From contig JARRPZ010000003.1 in the NCBI GenBank assembly GCA_037382365.1, positions 99 through 64,098 of the forward strand: a stretch of 64,000 nt of DNA. The letters run 5' to 3'. The stretch comes from Gammaproteobacteria bacterium. GTDB taxonomy: Bacteria > Pseudomonadota > Gammaproteobacteria > Steroidobacterales > Woeseiaceae. The first letter of the stretch is position 1; every line of letters begins with the position of its first letter. Below the pieces are notes generated by a model, which saw nothing but the letters and a program-made list of their open reading frames with translations, had not been told where the DNA came from and did no database searches. Shown piece after piece: positions 29,586 through 39,874 of the stretch. Position numbers and translations under genes: made by a program.

Positions 29586-31005
29586 TCAGATTTTCCTCGA
29601 AACGCTCGGCTGCGGCCTCCGGCGAGAATCGTCCGTGGGCCGCGAGGGCCTGGACCAGGCTGCGGCCCAGGGCATCGAAGATCAGCCCATAGGCTACGGC
29701 ATGGACCAGTCCGCCCGCCACCGTGCCCACTCCCGGGAACGCTTTCAGCCCGTTGCCGGCGACGGCGAGGGTGAGCGGCAAGGCCCTGCCTACCCGGCTC
29801 TGGCTGAGATTCAGGAACTGCTCGACGTCCAGGTCGCGCGGCGAGATACCGTAGAGCGCGGACAGGGAGCGGGTCATGGCGGTGCCCAGGTAGCCCTGGA
29901 TCACGATGTCGGTGCCCGGGCTCACGGCGGCCAGCGCACCGATCACGGCCTTGCGGGTGTAGGAACGGATGATCTCCTCGGCGCGGCGGGCACGGTACGC
30001 CGTCTGCGCCGCCTGCAGCTTCTCGGTGGCCAGCGCGAAGACGGCGGCGTCGCGGCGTCTGTCGAGATCGTCCCGGTCGCGGGCGAGCTGCTCGTTCAGG
30101 GCGAGCACGAGTTCGGCGACGTCGGGTTCGCGGCGGCGGCGGCGCTCGACCAGCCGCCCCTCGCCGTCCTCCTCCAGCACCGTCTCGTCCTCCCGCGCGC
30201 TGACGCGCACGGCGACCGCCGGTTCCTTCGAATCCAGGTCCTGCAGGCGCGCCTGGAGCCGTTCCATGATCAGATGCAGGTCTTCCTTCGTATACTGATC
30301 GGTCTTGTTCAGCACCAGGATCGTCGGTTTGCCGACGGCCACCAGCTGCGCGAGCGCCTCGGCTTCGGGGCGGGCGAGATCACCGTCGCAGAGATAGAGG
30401 ACGACGTGGGCCCGCAGTGCCTCCTCCCGCGCCACGGCGTCGAACTCGGCGCCCACGCCGCCGGTACCCGGCACATCGACCAGCACGACTTCCCGGCCGT
30501 TCGGGCTCTGCCAGTGATACCGCCTGATCTCCCGCGTCGAGCCGCCGACCGGACTGGTCTCCACGTCGGCGCCCGGCACCAGGGCCCGGATCAGGGAACT
30601 CTTGCCGGTGCTGATCTCGCCGAATACCGCCAGGTGGATACGACCGCTCTCACGGCGTTCGGCGAGGTTCGTCAGTTCGTCGCGCGCCGCGGCGACATCG
30701 ATGCCGGCCGCCTCGGCCTCGCCGAGCCGCTCGGTCAGTGCTTCTTCGCTGAAGACGGGACGCTCTCTCTCCCCCTCGCCACTGCGCCTCGGCAACAGGA
30801 ATCGCCACACGATCCAGACCGCGCCGGCAGCGATGGCCACGAGCAGTGTGGTATAGCCGATCACGAGCCAGAGCGGCGCCTCGCGCAGGCGGTCCCACAC
30901 GTTCAGCGCCGACTCGGTGATGAACAGCATGGCCGCGATCACCGCCACCACGAGCAGTGTCACCGCCAGGATCAGCACGATCCGCAGGATGCGATCGACC
31001 TTCAT
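29509..31005 (-). CDS. Membrane-anchored P-loop GTPase fused to a DUF697-like domain (paralog A)
   Basis: There are two N-terminal TM helices (ILRIVLILAVTLLVVAVIAAMLFI; LWLVIGYTTLLVAIAAGAVWIVW). G1 is GEISTGKSSLIRAL, G3 is DVPG and G4 is NKTD. The C-terminal region (AVIGALAAVSPGTDIVIQGYL...) is DUF697-like. Confidence 0.75.
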   Translation of the reverse strand: MKVDRILRIVLILAVTLLVVAVIAAMLFITESALNVWDRLREAPLWLVIGYTTLLVAIAAGAVWIVWRFLLPRRSGEGERERPVFSEEALTERLGEAEAAGIDVAAARDELTNLAERRESGRIHLAVFGEISTGKSSLIRALVPGADVETSPVGGSTREIRRYHWQSPNGREVVLVDVPGTGGVGAEFDAVAREEALRAHVVLYLCDGDLARPEAEALAQLVAVGKPTILVLNKTDQYTKEDLHLIMERLQARLQDLDSKEPAVAVRVSAREDETVLEEDGEGRLVERRRRREPDVAELVLALNEQLARDRDDLDRRRDAAVFALATEKLQAAQTAYRARRAEEIIRSYTRKAVIGALAAVSPGTDIVIQGYLGTAMTRSLSALYGISPRDLDVEQFLNLSQSRVGRALPLTLAVAGNGLKAFPGVGTVAGGLVHAVAYGLIFDALGRSLVQALAAHGRFSPEAAAERFEENLSEYLETGVRRVAQIALRERSRLDDD

Positions 31006-31081
31006 GGGGCGACAGTCTAACCGCTGCGCCCAGCGATCGGGCAGCCGGCACCGCGGGCGAGGACCCGTGATCGGCCGCCGT

Positions 31082-32482
31082 TCAGCGCCCGCGGAAAAAC
31101 CAGGCGATGCTCATGGCGGCGGCGAGCGGCAACAGGCGCTCCGCGGCATCACCGGGTGCGGCCGGGAGCCAGTGCAGTATGACGGTGAGCCCCGCACCGG
31201 TGACGAGCGTTGCCAGCGTGGCGCCGACGCCGACCGGTCGACCGAGCACACGCATCAGCAGCAACGGGCCGAACGCCGAGCCCACCGCATGCCATGCGAA
31301 CAGCACACGGGTGAAGATATCCTCGGCGACGAAGATGGCGAGCGCGGCAGCGGCCACGCACAGGAGCAGGACGGTCAGGCGGGACAGGGACAGACGGGAG
31401 TTCTGCGCCGGGCTGCCGGCGTTCCAGTCGTGGGCCACGCAGGACGCGGCGACCAGCAGCTGGCTGTCCGCGGTCGACATGATCGCCGAGAGCACCGCCG
31501 CGAGCACGAAACCGGCGACGAACGGCGGCAGTACCTGCGCCGAGGTTTCGAACAGGACCTGTTCGCCGTCACCGACTTCGTAGAGCACCCGCGCGCACAG
31601 GCCGAGCAGCAGCATGCCGGCATAGACGATCACCGCCCAGCCTATCGCTATGACCCGCGCGCGACGCAGCGACGCCTCGTCGCGCAGGGCCATGAAGCGG
31701 TTCACGACGTGGGGCTGACCGGGATAGCCGAGACCGATGCCGAGCGTACCGAGGACGAACGCCAAACCCATGGCACCGCCGAAAGGCCCGGTGAGCGACA
31801 GTACCTCCGGCGAGGCATCCGCCAGCAGTCCGGCCGCCAGACCCGCCGGTCCGCCGACCGCCAGCAGGGCAGCCAGGGGGACGAGCACCGCCGTGGCTGC
31901 CATCATCAGTCCCTGGATCAGATCGGAAACCGATACCGCCCAGAATCCGCCCAGTAACGTGTAGGCGAGGACGATGGCGACGCCGGCGAGGATCGCCGCT
32001 TCCCGGGACCAGCCGAAGTGGGACTGGAAGGCCTTGCCGGCTCCTTCGAACTGGGAGGCGATATAGAACATGAAGCAGAACAGCACGATCACCGCGGCAA
32101 CGCGCAGCACCCGCTGCCTCGACGCACCGAATTCCACCGGCGCGATGATCTCGGCCACGGTGATGGCGCCGGTCTCCCGCGACAGCAGCCTGAGACGCGG
32201 CGCGATCAGGAACCAGTTGATCAGGAATCCACCCAGGGTGGCCGGGAAGAGCCACAGGGCGGACAGCCCCCAGCCGTACGCCGCTCCGCTCACCGCGAGC
32301 AGCGTCCAGGCGGAGGAGGAACTCGCGGAGCCGCTGAGCGCGGCCAGCCAGGGCCCGAGACGACGGCCACCGAGGAAGAAGTCCGTGTTGTCCCGGTTAC
32401 GGCCCCGGGCCCAGACGCCGATCGCCAGCAGCACGACCCCGTAGCCGAGCAGCGTGTACAGGATGACGTCGTTCTGGGACAT
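31082..32482 (-). CDS. Sodium:solute symporter family transporter (PutP/PanF-like)
   Basis: The product is a multi-pass hydrophobic protein with the SSF N-terminal pattern ([31 protein letters not shown]). Confidence 0.85.
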   Translation of the reverse strand: MSQNDVILYTLLGYGVVLLAIGVWARGRNRDNTDFFLGGRRLGPWLAALSGSASSSSAWTLLAVSGAAYGWGLSALWLFPATLGGFLINWFLIAPRLRLLSRETGAITVAEIIAPVEFGASRQRVLRVAAVIVLFCFMFYIASQFEGAGKAFQSHFGWSREAAILAGVAIVLAYTLLGGFWAVSVSDLIQGLMMAATAVLVPLAALLAVGGPAGLAAGLLADASPEVLSLTGPFGGAMGLAFVLGTLGIGLGYPGQPHVVNRFMALRDEASLRRARVIAIGWAVIVYAGMLLLGLCARVLYEVGDGEQVLFETSAQVLPPFVAGFVLAAVLSAIMSTADSQLLVAASCVAHDWNAGSPAQNSRLSLSRLTVLLLCVAAAALAIFVAEDIFTRVLFAWHAVGSAFGPLLLMRVLGRPVGVGATLATLVTGAGLTVILHWLPAAPGDAAERLLPLAAAMSIAWFFRGR

Positions 32483-32550
32483 GCTGCGGAGTCTACTGGA
32501 CCAGGAGCGGCTTTAGCCCCGATCCCCGCCCGTTCAGTAAACTGCCCCCC

Positions 32551-35500
32551 ATGAGCACTACCGGCTGGCAGTTCTGGATCGATCGCGGCGGCACGTTCAC
32601 CGACGTCATCGGACGCTCACCCGCCGGTGACCTCGTGACGGCCAAGCTGCTGTCCGAGGCACCCGGCCGGTACGACGATGCGGCGGTGGAAGGCGTGCGC
32701 CGGCTGCTCGCCGCGTCGGGCGCGGATGCACCGCGGATCGACGCCATCAAGATGGGTACCACCGTCGCGACGAATGCCCTGCTCGAGCGCCGGGGCGAAC
32801 CCACCGTACTCGTCGTCACGAAGGGGTTCCGGGACGCGCTGGCCATCGCGTACCAGAACCGTCCCGACATCTTCGCGCTTGAGATCCGCAAGCCGATGCC
32901 GCTGGAGACCGAGGTCATCGAGGCGCACGAGCGTATCGCTACCGATGGCACCGTATTGCAGGAACTCGATCCGGAAACGCTCCGTGGCGAACTGGCGGCG
33001 GCGAGGCGACGCGGTATCGACTCCGTCGCCATCTGTCTGGTGCACGGCTATCGATGGACCGAGCACGAGCAACGCATCGCAGCGATTGCCGCCGAGGCAG
33101 GGTTCAGCCAGATTTCCGTCTCCCACGAGACCGGAGCGGTGATCAAATTCGTCAGCCGCGCGCAGACGACCCTCGTGGACGCGTATCTGTCGCCCGTGCT
33201 CTACCGGTATGTGAATCGACTCGGACGCGCCCTGGAGAGTGTCGCGAGGCCCCGGCGGCTGCAGATGATGCAATCGAGCGGCGGACTCATCGACGCCGCC
33301 CGGCTGCGGGGCAAGGACGCGGTACTCTCCGGACCCGCGGGCGGTGTGGTCGGCATGGTGCAGACCGCGACTGCGGCCGGCTTCGAGCGGCTGATCGGCT
33401 TCGACATGGGAGGCACGTCCACCGACGTGTCCGCCTGGGCCGGCGAATACGTCCGCAGCCTGGACTCGGAAGTCGCCGGCGTACGGCTGCGCGCGCCGAT
33501 GATGGAGATCCACACCATCGCGGCGGGTGGCGGCTCCGTGCTCGGCTTCCGCGACGGACGCTTCCGTGTCGGTCCGGAGTCCGCCGGAGCGGACCCGGGA
33601 CCTGCGTGCTACCGGCGCGGGGGACCTGCCACGATCACCGATGCGAACGTGGTCCTCGGGCGCATCCCGGAGGCGCACTTTCCTGCCGTATTCGGCCCCG
33701 GCGCGGACCAGCGCCTGGATCCAGGCGCCAGCCGCGCCGCACTGCAGGACTGCGTCGCCGCGGCCAACGCCGGGCAAGGTCATGGTCTTTCCCTCGAGGA
33801 GGTGGCGGAGGGCTATCTCCGTATCGCCGTCGAGAACATGGCCAACGCCATCCGCCGGATAACGGTGGAGCGCGGCGAAGACGTCCGGGACTTCACGCTC
33901 TGCTGTTTCGGCGGCGCGGGCGGCCAGCACGCGTGTCGGGTCGCCGACGTCCTCGGCATACGCTCCGTGTGGCTGCATCCCCTGGCCGGGCTGCTGTCCG
34001 CCTACGGCATGGGACTCGCCGATCTGATCGCATGGCGGACGGAGAGCATCGAGCAGCCACTCGAGGAAGCAATCGACGCGGCGCAGCGGGTGCGCGCGCG
34101 GCTGCTGGACGAGTGCCGCGCGGAACTGACGTCTCAGGGCATCGCGGAAGAAGCACTGGAGGTCGCCGTACGCTACGGGATCCGCACCGGCGGCAGCGAT
34201 ACCGTGCTGGAGGTCCCGGAGGGCACCGCAGAAGCCGTGACCGGAAAATTTGCGGCGGCGCACCGCGCCCGATTCGGCGTCGCGCCGGCAGACGACCCGC
34301 TCGTACTGGCCGCCATCACGGTCGAGGTACGCGGGCGCGACGAGTTGCCCCGGGGATTCCCGGGGCCGGGATCCGGCGACGAGGCGCCGACGCCCCTCGA
34401 ATATGCCGCCGTGTGGCTGGACGGTGACCGCCACGAGGTACCCGTCTACGCCCGCGCCGATCTCGGCGCCGGCCAGCGCATCGCATCCCCCGCGATCGTT
34501 ATCGAGGACAACGCGACCACGGTCATCGAGCCGGGATGGGAGGGCACACTGAACGAACACGGGCACCTGCTGCTGACGCGCACCCGGGCGCCGGCCGACC
34601 AACGCGTTTCCAGCGAGGCGGACCCGGTGATGCTGGAGGTCTTCAACAACCTGTACATGCACATCGCCGAGCAGATGGGGACGGTGCTGCGCCACACGGC
34701 GCACTCAGTGAACATCAAGGAGCGACTGGATTATTCCTGCGCCGTGTTCGACCGGGCGGGCCGGCTGATCGCCAACGCGCCCCACATGCCCGTCCATCTG
34801 GGCTCCATGGGCGACAGCGTCGCCACTGTGATCGAGGCTAACCGGGGCGATATCCGGCGCGGCGATTCCTGGATGCTGAATGCCCCCTACAACGGCGGCA
34901 CGCACCTGCCGGATATCACGGTGGTCACGCCCTACTTCGCGGAGCGTGACGCTGCGGAGCCGGCGTTCTGGCTCGCCTCCCGCGCTCACCATGCCGACGT
35001 GGGCGGACTCACGCCCGGCTCCATGCCGCCCGACAGCCGGCAAATCGGGGAGGAAGGCATCCTGCTGGACAACGTCCGCCTCGCCCGTGACGGGCACCTG
35101 CTGGCAGCCGAAGCACTCGCCCTGTTCGAGGCCGGCGACTGGCCGGCCCGCAAGCCGGCCCGCAACCTCACCGATCTGAAGGCACAACTCGCCGCCAACG
35201 AGGAGGGCATCCGCCAGCTCGATCGGGCGATCGCCCGCTACGGGCGAGAGGTCGTGGATGCGTACATGGAGCATGTCCGCGAGAACGCCGCCGCCAGCGT
35301 ACGGCGGCTGATCGCCGGGCTGTCGGACGGCCGCTTCGAATACCCGATGGACTCGGGTGAACGAATCCGCGTGGCCGTCACCGTCACCGACGATCGCGCG
35401 CGGGTGGACTTCACCGGGACCAGTCCCCAGTCGCCCACCAATTTCAACGCACCGGAGTCGGTCACCCGGGCCGCGGTGCTGTACGTCTTCCGGACCCTCG

Positions 35501-36192
35501 TCGCGGAGTCGATACCGCTCAATGCGGGCTGCCTCGAACCCCTCGACATCCATGTGCCGCCCGGTACGCTGCTCAGTCCGCGCTATCCGGCCGCCGTCGT
35601 CGCCGGCAATGTCGAGACCTCACAGTGCGTGACCGATGCGCTCTACGGCGCCCTCGGCGCCCTCGCCGCCTCCCAGGGCACGATGAATAATCTGACCTTC
35701 GGCGACGACGAGCATCAGTACTACGAGACCATCGCCGGCGGTGCCGGCGCGGGTCCCGGTTTCGACGGCGCCGATGCCGTGCAGACTCATATGACGAATT
35801 CGCGCCTGACGGACCCGGAGGTGCTGGAAGGCCGCTTCCCCGTGCTGGTCGAGGAATTCTCGATCCTGGACGGCACCGGCGGCAGCGGCCGCCACCGGGG
35901 TGGCAATGGTTGTCGCCGCGTGATCCGTTTCCTCGCGCCCATGAGTGTCTCCATCCTGTCCGGACACCGACGAGTCGCACCGTTCGGGCTCGAGGGCGGC
36001 GGCGATGCCGCCGTCGGCCGCAATCGGCTGCGCCGCGCGGACGGGACCATGGAATCACTGGCCGCGGTCGACACCCGGGAGGTGGCGGCGGGAGATGCCA
36101 TCCTGATCGATACGCCGGGCGGCGGCGGATTCGGCGCCGCTACCGGGGACGACCCGAGCGCGGACGAGGGACCGAGCGGCGCGGACCGGTAG
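32551..36192 (+). CDS. Fused hydantoinase A/B family protein, 5-oxoprolinase (ATP-hydrolysing)-like
   Basis: The 1213-aa product starts [14 protein letters not shown] (HyuA-type). The second half has [22 protein letters not shown]-like ([15 protein letters not shown]) and GGGGFG near the C-terminus (HyuB-type). Confidence 0.9.
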   Translation: MSTTGWQFWIDRGGTFTDVIGRSPAGDLVTAKLLSEAPGRYDDAAVEGVRRLLAASGADAPRIDAIKMGTTVATNALLERRGEPTVLVVTKGFRDALAIAYQNRPDIFALEIRKPMPLETEVIEAHERIATDGTVLQELDPETLRGELAAARRRGIDSVAICLVHGYRWTEHEQRIAAIAAEAGFSQISVSHETGAVIKFVSRAQTTLVDAYLSPVLYRYVNRLGRALESVARPRRLQMMQSSGGLIDAARLRGKDAVLSGPAGGVVGMVQTATAAGFERLIGFDMGGTSTDVSAWAGEYVRSLDSEVAGVRLRAPMMEIHTIAAGGGSVLGFRDGRFRVGPESAGADPGPACYRRGGPATITDANVVLGRIPEAHFPAVFGPGADQRLDPGASRAALQDCVAAANAGQGHGLSLEEVAEGYLRIAVENMANAIRRITVERGEDVRDFTLCCFGGAGGQHACRVADVLGIRSVWLHPLAGLLSAYGMGLADLIAWRTESIEQPLEEAIDAAQRVRARLLDECRAELTSQGIAEEALEVAVRYGIRTGGSDTVLEVPEGTAEAVTGKFAAAHRARFGVAPADDPLVLAAITVEVRGRDELPRGFPGPGSGDEAPTPLEYAAVWLDGDRHEVPVYARADLGAGQRIASPAIVIEDNATTVIEPGWEGTLNEHGHLLLTRTRAPADQRVSSEADPVMLEVFNNLYMHIAEQMGTVLRHTAHSVNIKERLDYSCAVFDRAGRLIANAPHMPVHLGSMGDSVATVIEANRGDIRRGDSWMLNAPYNGGTHLPDITVVTPYFAERDAAEPAFWLASRAHHADVGGLTPGSMPPDSRQIGEEGILLDNVRLARDGHLLAAEALALFEAGDWPARKPARNLTDLKAQLAANEEGIRQLDRAIARYGREVVDAYMEHVRENAAASVRRLIAGLSDGRFEYPMDSGERIRVAVTVTDDRARVDFTGTSPQSPTNFNAPESVTRAAVLYVFRTLVAESIPLNAGCLEPLDIHVPPGTLLSPRYPAAVVAGNVETSQCVTDALYGALGALAASQGTMNNLTFGDDEHQYYETIAGGAGAGPGFDGADAVQTHMTNSRLTDPEVLEGRFPVLVEEFSILDGTGGSGRHRGGNGCRRVIRFLAPMSVSILSGHRRVAPFGLEGGGDAAVGRNRLRRADGTMESLAAVDTREVAAGDAILIDTPGGGGFGAATGDDPSADEGPSGADR

Positions 36193-36214
36193 GCGGCAAA
36201 CGCGTCCCAGCGCC

Positions 36215-37777
36215 TCAGCCCGCCGCGACGCGGGAGCCCGTGAATGCCGCGCGACTGATCCGGGAACCGCCCGGTTCCTGCACCAGCGAGTAAACCCGCA
36301 GCTCGTGCTGGTCCGCCGGACGGAAACCGAGCAGGATGCCCACCGACTGCCGCCCCAGCGCAGCCGCGGTATTCGTGGACGAGTTGCACCGAACGAACCA
36401 GGCGCCGTCACCGGGGACACCGAAGGCGCCCGCGCCCTCCAGACGCTGCAGGAATTCCGCCACCTGCCGCTCGACCGCGCGCCAGAGGACTCGCTCACTG
36501 CGACGAAACAACACCCAGCGCGTCGATCGTTCCACCCGCTGCAGGATGAAATGGGCGAGTCGCTCGGTGGTGAGCCGGGTGGCACCGCCCAGTACGCCGC
36601 CGGAGTACGTAACATCGCCTTGCGGCCGGACACGCCGATCGGCACCACGGCACAGCGCGATCACACCGTGCTGGCGGAGTACGCCAGCCTGGGGCGGCGT
36701 CACGTCGAGGACCGGGCGCAGAGTACGGCAGAACGGAGCGCCCTCTGCCGGCGGGAGCCAGACGTGCTCCGACTCGTCGTTACGAGCCAGCAGCCCGGCG
36801 AGCGCGCCACCAACCGCGATCTCGCCGTCCTCGGGGCGCCTCTCGTCGGTCATCCGCGGGAAATAGGTGACCAGATGCGGGCTGCGGAAGCCGTCCCTGC
36901 GCAGCCCGATCTCGAACTCGTCGCAGGAAGAGCACCCGGCCGGCGGGTCCACGACGAGGAACGCACCCCGCCGCCGGCAGAATCTCTCCGCCGCCATCAG
37001 AAATGCGGCTCCCGTGTCGCTGCCGGGACCGAGCGGCGGTGCGTAGAGCAGGCTGAAATGCTCCACGGCCTGCAGCGCGAAAAGGCCGCTGTAGCTGCGG
37101 GCCGATCCGATCAGGTCGTAATCCGTCAGAGGATGCCCGTCGGTGCCGGGGCGGTCGACCGGGACATAGGAGACCGACCGGTCCGCGCCGCGCGTGCGGG
37201 TCGCATCGGGCCGGCATTCCGGCAGGGTCCCTTCGACCCGCACGAGTCCGGAGCCGAGCAGGACATCACGGACATTCGATTCTTCGCCGTCCCGGCACGT
37301 CAGGCCGCGGAAAATCTCCTGGTCGTCGATCAGCCGGGTCTGCGGGGATATCCGCTGCAACGTCAGGTTGAAACGGCTGCCATCCGATCCCGGCCTGTCG
37401 TCCAGCCCGTCGTAGTCGACCGACGCGCGGAAGGTCTCGCTCGAGCCGGGATTCCTCGCTGTCAGGGTGAGGCCCTGATCACCCGCGGGCAGGGTCAGGG
37501 AGGCGCCGGTTGCACCGTTGGCGACCCGCACGATGACCGCGCGACGCCCGCCATGGGCGAAGAATTGTTCGACGGCCGAGCCGACGCCGCCGATCTGCCC
37601 GTGTCCACCGAAGCATCGCTTGAATTCTGCGAAGGAGGTGACGGTGACGGGGAGGTCGACCGGTCCGCACAGAGCGCGGCCTACGAATGCCGCGGTCGTG
37701 GCGGGTTCAGTCGGTATGGACTGATCCTCAGCCGGCATCTCCCCAACGGTGATGCCGGTGTATGCCACATCGTTCAA
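36215..37777 (-). CDS. Phage tail sheath family protein homolog (divergent, apparently orphan)
   Basis: The N-terminus AYTGITVGEM...TTAAFVGRALCGPVDLPVTVTSFAEFKRCFGG resembles the sheath N-terminus. Central segments are GLFALQAVEHFSLLYAPP and CRRRGAFLVVDPP. The C-terminus RWVLFRRSERVLWRAVERQVAEFLQRLEGAGAFG...AWFVRCNSSTN...LLGFRPADQHELRVYSLVQ resembles the sheath C-terminal domain. The start is uncertain (TTG 37777, GTG 37768 or ATG 37738); the track start at 37873 would overlap the divergent neighbour's start. Confidence 0.6.
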   Translation of the reverse strand: MNDVAYTGITVGEMPAEDQSIPTEPATTAAFVGRALCGPVDLPVTVTSFAEFKRCFGGHGQIGGVGSAVEQFFAHGGRRAVIVRVANGATGASLTLPAGDQGLTLTARNPGSSETFRASVDYDGLDDRPGSDGSRFNLTLQRISPQTRLIDDQEIFRGLTCRDGEESNVRDVLLGSGLVRVEGTLPECRPDATRTRGADRSVSYVPVDRPGTDGHPLTDYDLIGSARSYSGLFALQAVEHFSLLYAPPLGPGSDTGAAFLMAAERFCRRRGAFLVVDPPAGCSSCDEFEIGLRRDGFRSPHLVTYFPRMTDERRPEDGEIAVGGALAGLLARNDESEHVWLPPAEGAPFCRTLRPVLDVTPPQAGVLRQHGVIALCRGADRRVRPQGDVTYSGGVLGGATRLTTERLAHFILQRVERSTRWVLFRRSERVLWRAVERQVAEFLQRLEGAGAFGVPGDGAWFVRCNSSTNTAAALGRQSVGILLGFRPADQHELRVYSLVQEPGGSRISRAAFTGSRVAAG

Positions 37778-37871
37778 ATGAAGATCGCTCTTCGTTCTTC
37801 GCCGCCCCGTTTTCGATTCTACGGACTGTGGCGCAGAGTTACCATGCCCCCTGCGACCGACGGGAGACCCC

Positions 37872-38939
37872 ATGCAGACACCGCGCGGCTACAGCCACCT
37901 CCATCTCGCACATCCGACGCTGAGCCGATTGCCGCGCGAGTTCCTTGGCGACTACCCGACGCCGGTTCAACGTCGTCGGGACGGGCCACTTCGCCTGTGG
38001 ATCAAGCGTGACGATCTGAGCCATCCGATCTACGGAGGCAACAAGCTCCGTAAACTCGAATACCTGCTCGGCCAGGCGATATCGCGGGGGCATCGCAGCG
38101 TTGTGACCTTCGGTGCCGCCGGATCGAATCATGCACTGGCCACTGCCGTGCATGCGGCCGGCCTCGGACTGAGCTGCCTGTGCATACTCGGACCGCAGCC
38201 GCCGTCTCCCGCCGTTCGACGGACGCTGAATGCACATCTCGCCCTCGGCACGACGCTCGTTCCCTGGGAGCGCCGTCGATCGCAGCGCCTCGATCTGTAT
38301 CGCCGGCTCTTCCGCGGACCCGGGCCGGCACATCGTCCGTGGATCATCCCGATCGGCGGCTCCACCTGGCATGGCACCGTCGGATTCGTGAACGCGGCCT
38401 ACGAACTCGCCCGGCAGGTACGGGACGGGGAGCTGCCGGAGCCGGCGCTGATCTACCTGCCGCTGGGCACCATGGGCACGGTCGCCGGCCTTGCCACCGG
38501 TCTGGCCGCGACCGGTCTCGGGACCCGGGTCGTTGCCGTCCGGGTCGTCGTGGAGAAGATCGCGGACGAACGCCGCACACGGCGTCTCGGCGCCAAGACC
38601 GCCGAGCTGCTGCACCGTCTCGATCCCGGCTTCCCCGCTCTCGACCCCGGCGACCTGAATCTCGAGGTCCGGGACGAGTTCCTCGGCGAGGGCTATGCGG
38701 TCCCGACACCGGCCGCGCGCCGTGCGGTCGACTGGGCGGCACGGCATGCCGGGCTCAGGCTCGAGACGACCTATTCCGGGAAGGCCCTGTCGGCGTTGCT
38801 GGCCGACGCGGACGCCGGCCGGCTGGACCGTCGCGAGGTCCTGTTCTGGAATACCTACAATTCGGCGCCGCTCGCGATGCCGGACGATCACCCGATCCGG
38901 GAGGGACTGCCCGGGCCGCTGGCCCGCTACTTCAGCTGA
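37872..38939 (+). CDS. PLP-dependent ACC deaminase / D-cysteine desulfhydrase family protein
   Basis: YGGNKLRKLEYLL carries the PLP lysine. GAAGSNHA and the Gly-rich loop GTMGTVAGL also fit the fold-type II family. Confidence 0.8.
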   Translation: MQTPRGYSHLHLAHPTLSRLPREFLGDYPTPVQRRRDGPLRLWIKRDDLSHPIYGGNKLRKLEYLLGQAISRGHRSVVTFGAAGSNHALATAVHAAGLGLSCLCILGPQPPSPAVRRTLNAHLALGTTLVPWERRRSQRLDLYRRLFRGPGPAHRPWIIPIGGSTWHGTVGFVNAAYELARQVRDGELPEPALIYLPLGTMGTVAGLATGLAATGLGTRVVAVRVVVEKIADERRTRRLGAKTAELLHRLDPGFPALDPGDLNLEVRDEFLGEGYAVPTPAARRAVDWAARHAGLRLETTYSGKALSALLADADAGRLDRREVLFWNTYNSAPLAMPDDHPIREGLPGPLARYFS

Positions 38940-39685
38940 CGGCGGGCGACGAGGGTACGCCAGTTATCCAGGGAATAGAGGTGGGAGTAGAGAGACGCCA
39001 GTTCCCCCGAGCGGTGCCACTCGTAGACGGTGTCCTTGTCCAGGTCCGTCAGCTTGCCGGCGTCGACGCAGACGTAGCTCGCGAGCGGCCGGGCCTCCGA
39101 CTCGCCTTGCGGCGTATAGGTCGCCTGCTGGGTCGTGAGCAGGTCGAGATCCTTCAAGCGCTGGCAGAGCTGCTGCGTGTGGGCCCGCTCCGCCTCGAAC
39201 TGGGAGCAGAAGCGGATCATCTGCGTGATTTCCTCCGAGATCTCGCCATCGGTAAAGAACGGATACCTGGGATTCTCGGTCACCGCCGGCGCTGCGCGGT
39301 CGATCACCATCGCCGTGCGTCCCTTGTCGTCGCGGGCGAAGGCGAACGGGTAACAGCGAAGATAGGACGGCACGTAGCAGAGCGGGTCCCACTCACCCTG
39401 CTCGTCCACGAACAGGTTCCGGTCGTCCAGCACGGCGACGACGGCCAGCGGCACCGGGTCCTCCAGTGACGAGAATACGATGGGGTAGTGTCGCTGTGCC
39501 GTGGAGAACTCGTTGAAGGTCAGCGGGATCGCGCGGACGTTACTGACGAATTCGAAAGGATGCTCGGGCGGCGTCACGCCGAGCGACCCGTGGTGATCCC
39601 GGGTCAGGAGTTCCGGCTGCCGATACAGAAAAGCGCCGCCGGTCAGTACCGGCTGCTCCGGCGCTTTCGTGGAATCATCTGTCAC
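38927..39685 (-). CDS. SapC family protein
   Basis: FSTAQRHYPIVF, NLFVDEQGEWD, YVPSYLRCYPF and the C-terminal helical part fit the SapC family pattern. The GTG at 39685 is preceded by GGGAGGAGAG. The 3' end overlaps the convergent PLP-enzyme gene by 13 nt. Confidence 0.7.
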   Translation of the reverse strand: MTDDSTKAPEQPVLTGGAFLYRQPELLTRDHHGSLGVTPPEHPFEFVSNVRAIPLTFNEFSTAQRHYPIVFSSLEDPVPLAVVAVLDDRNLFVDEQGEWDPLCYVPSYLRCYPFAFARDDKGRTAMVIDRAAPAVTENPRYPFFTDGEISEEITQMIRFCSQFEAERAHTQQLCQRLKDLDLLTTQQATYTPQGESEARPLASYVCVDAGKLTDLDKDTVYEWHRSGELASLYSHLYSLDNWRTLVARRQLK

Positions 39686-39836
39686 GCTTCTCTCCTCCCT
39701 GCTCCTTTTCGCCTCCCTCGTCGGGCCGCACGGGAACACCTTTCTGCTTGTCGTCTTCGGTCGGCGCCTGTTCTTCCCGGGACTCCGCCTCCTTGCGGTC
39801 GATCTCCTCGAGCATCACCTTCAGCCATTCGCTCAT
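39675..39836 (-). CDS. Possible small acidic protein (53 aa; below the ORF-track size cutoff)
   Basis: Hand translation gives MSEWLKVMLEEIDRKEAESREEQAPTEDDKQKGVPVRPDEGGEKEQGGEKRDR*. Third positions are mostly G/C in the first half. Its TGA overlaps the SapC start region by 11 nt. I found no homology and only a weak SD. Confidence 0.3.
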   Translation of the reverse strand: MSEWLKVMLEEIDRKEAESREEQAPTEDDKQKGVPVRPDEGGEKEQGGEKRDR

Positions 39837-39874
39837 GTCACCCACCGGGCCCGCTCCTGCCGCAGCAGCGCCAA

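Noticed and set aside
32617-34704. The 695-aa minus-strand ORF inside the oxoprolinase gene, and the 568-aa plus-strand ORF 36305..38011 opposite the sheath homolog.
   Set aside because: Both lack recognisable motifs and are Arg-rich. The opposite-strand products have clear family signatures.
36215-39836. The sheath homolog plus its neighbours considered as a prophage, eCIS or T6SS island.
   Set aside because: No tube, baseplate, spike, tape-measure, ClpV/AAA+, integrase, tRNA or flanking direct repeats are recognisable. The neighbours are a PLP enzyme, SapC and an L,D-transpeptidase. Only the single-gene anomaly is reported.
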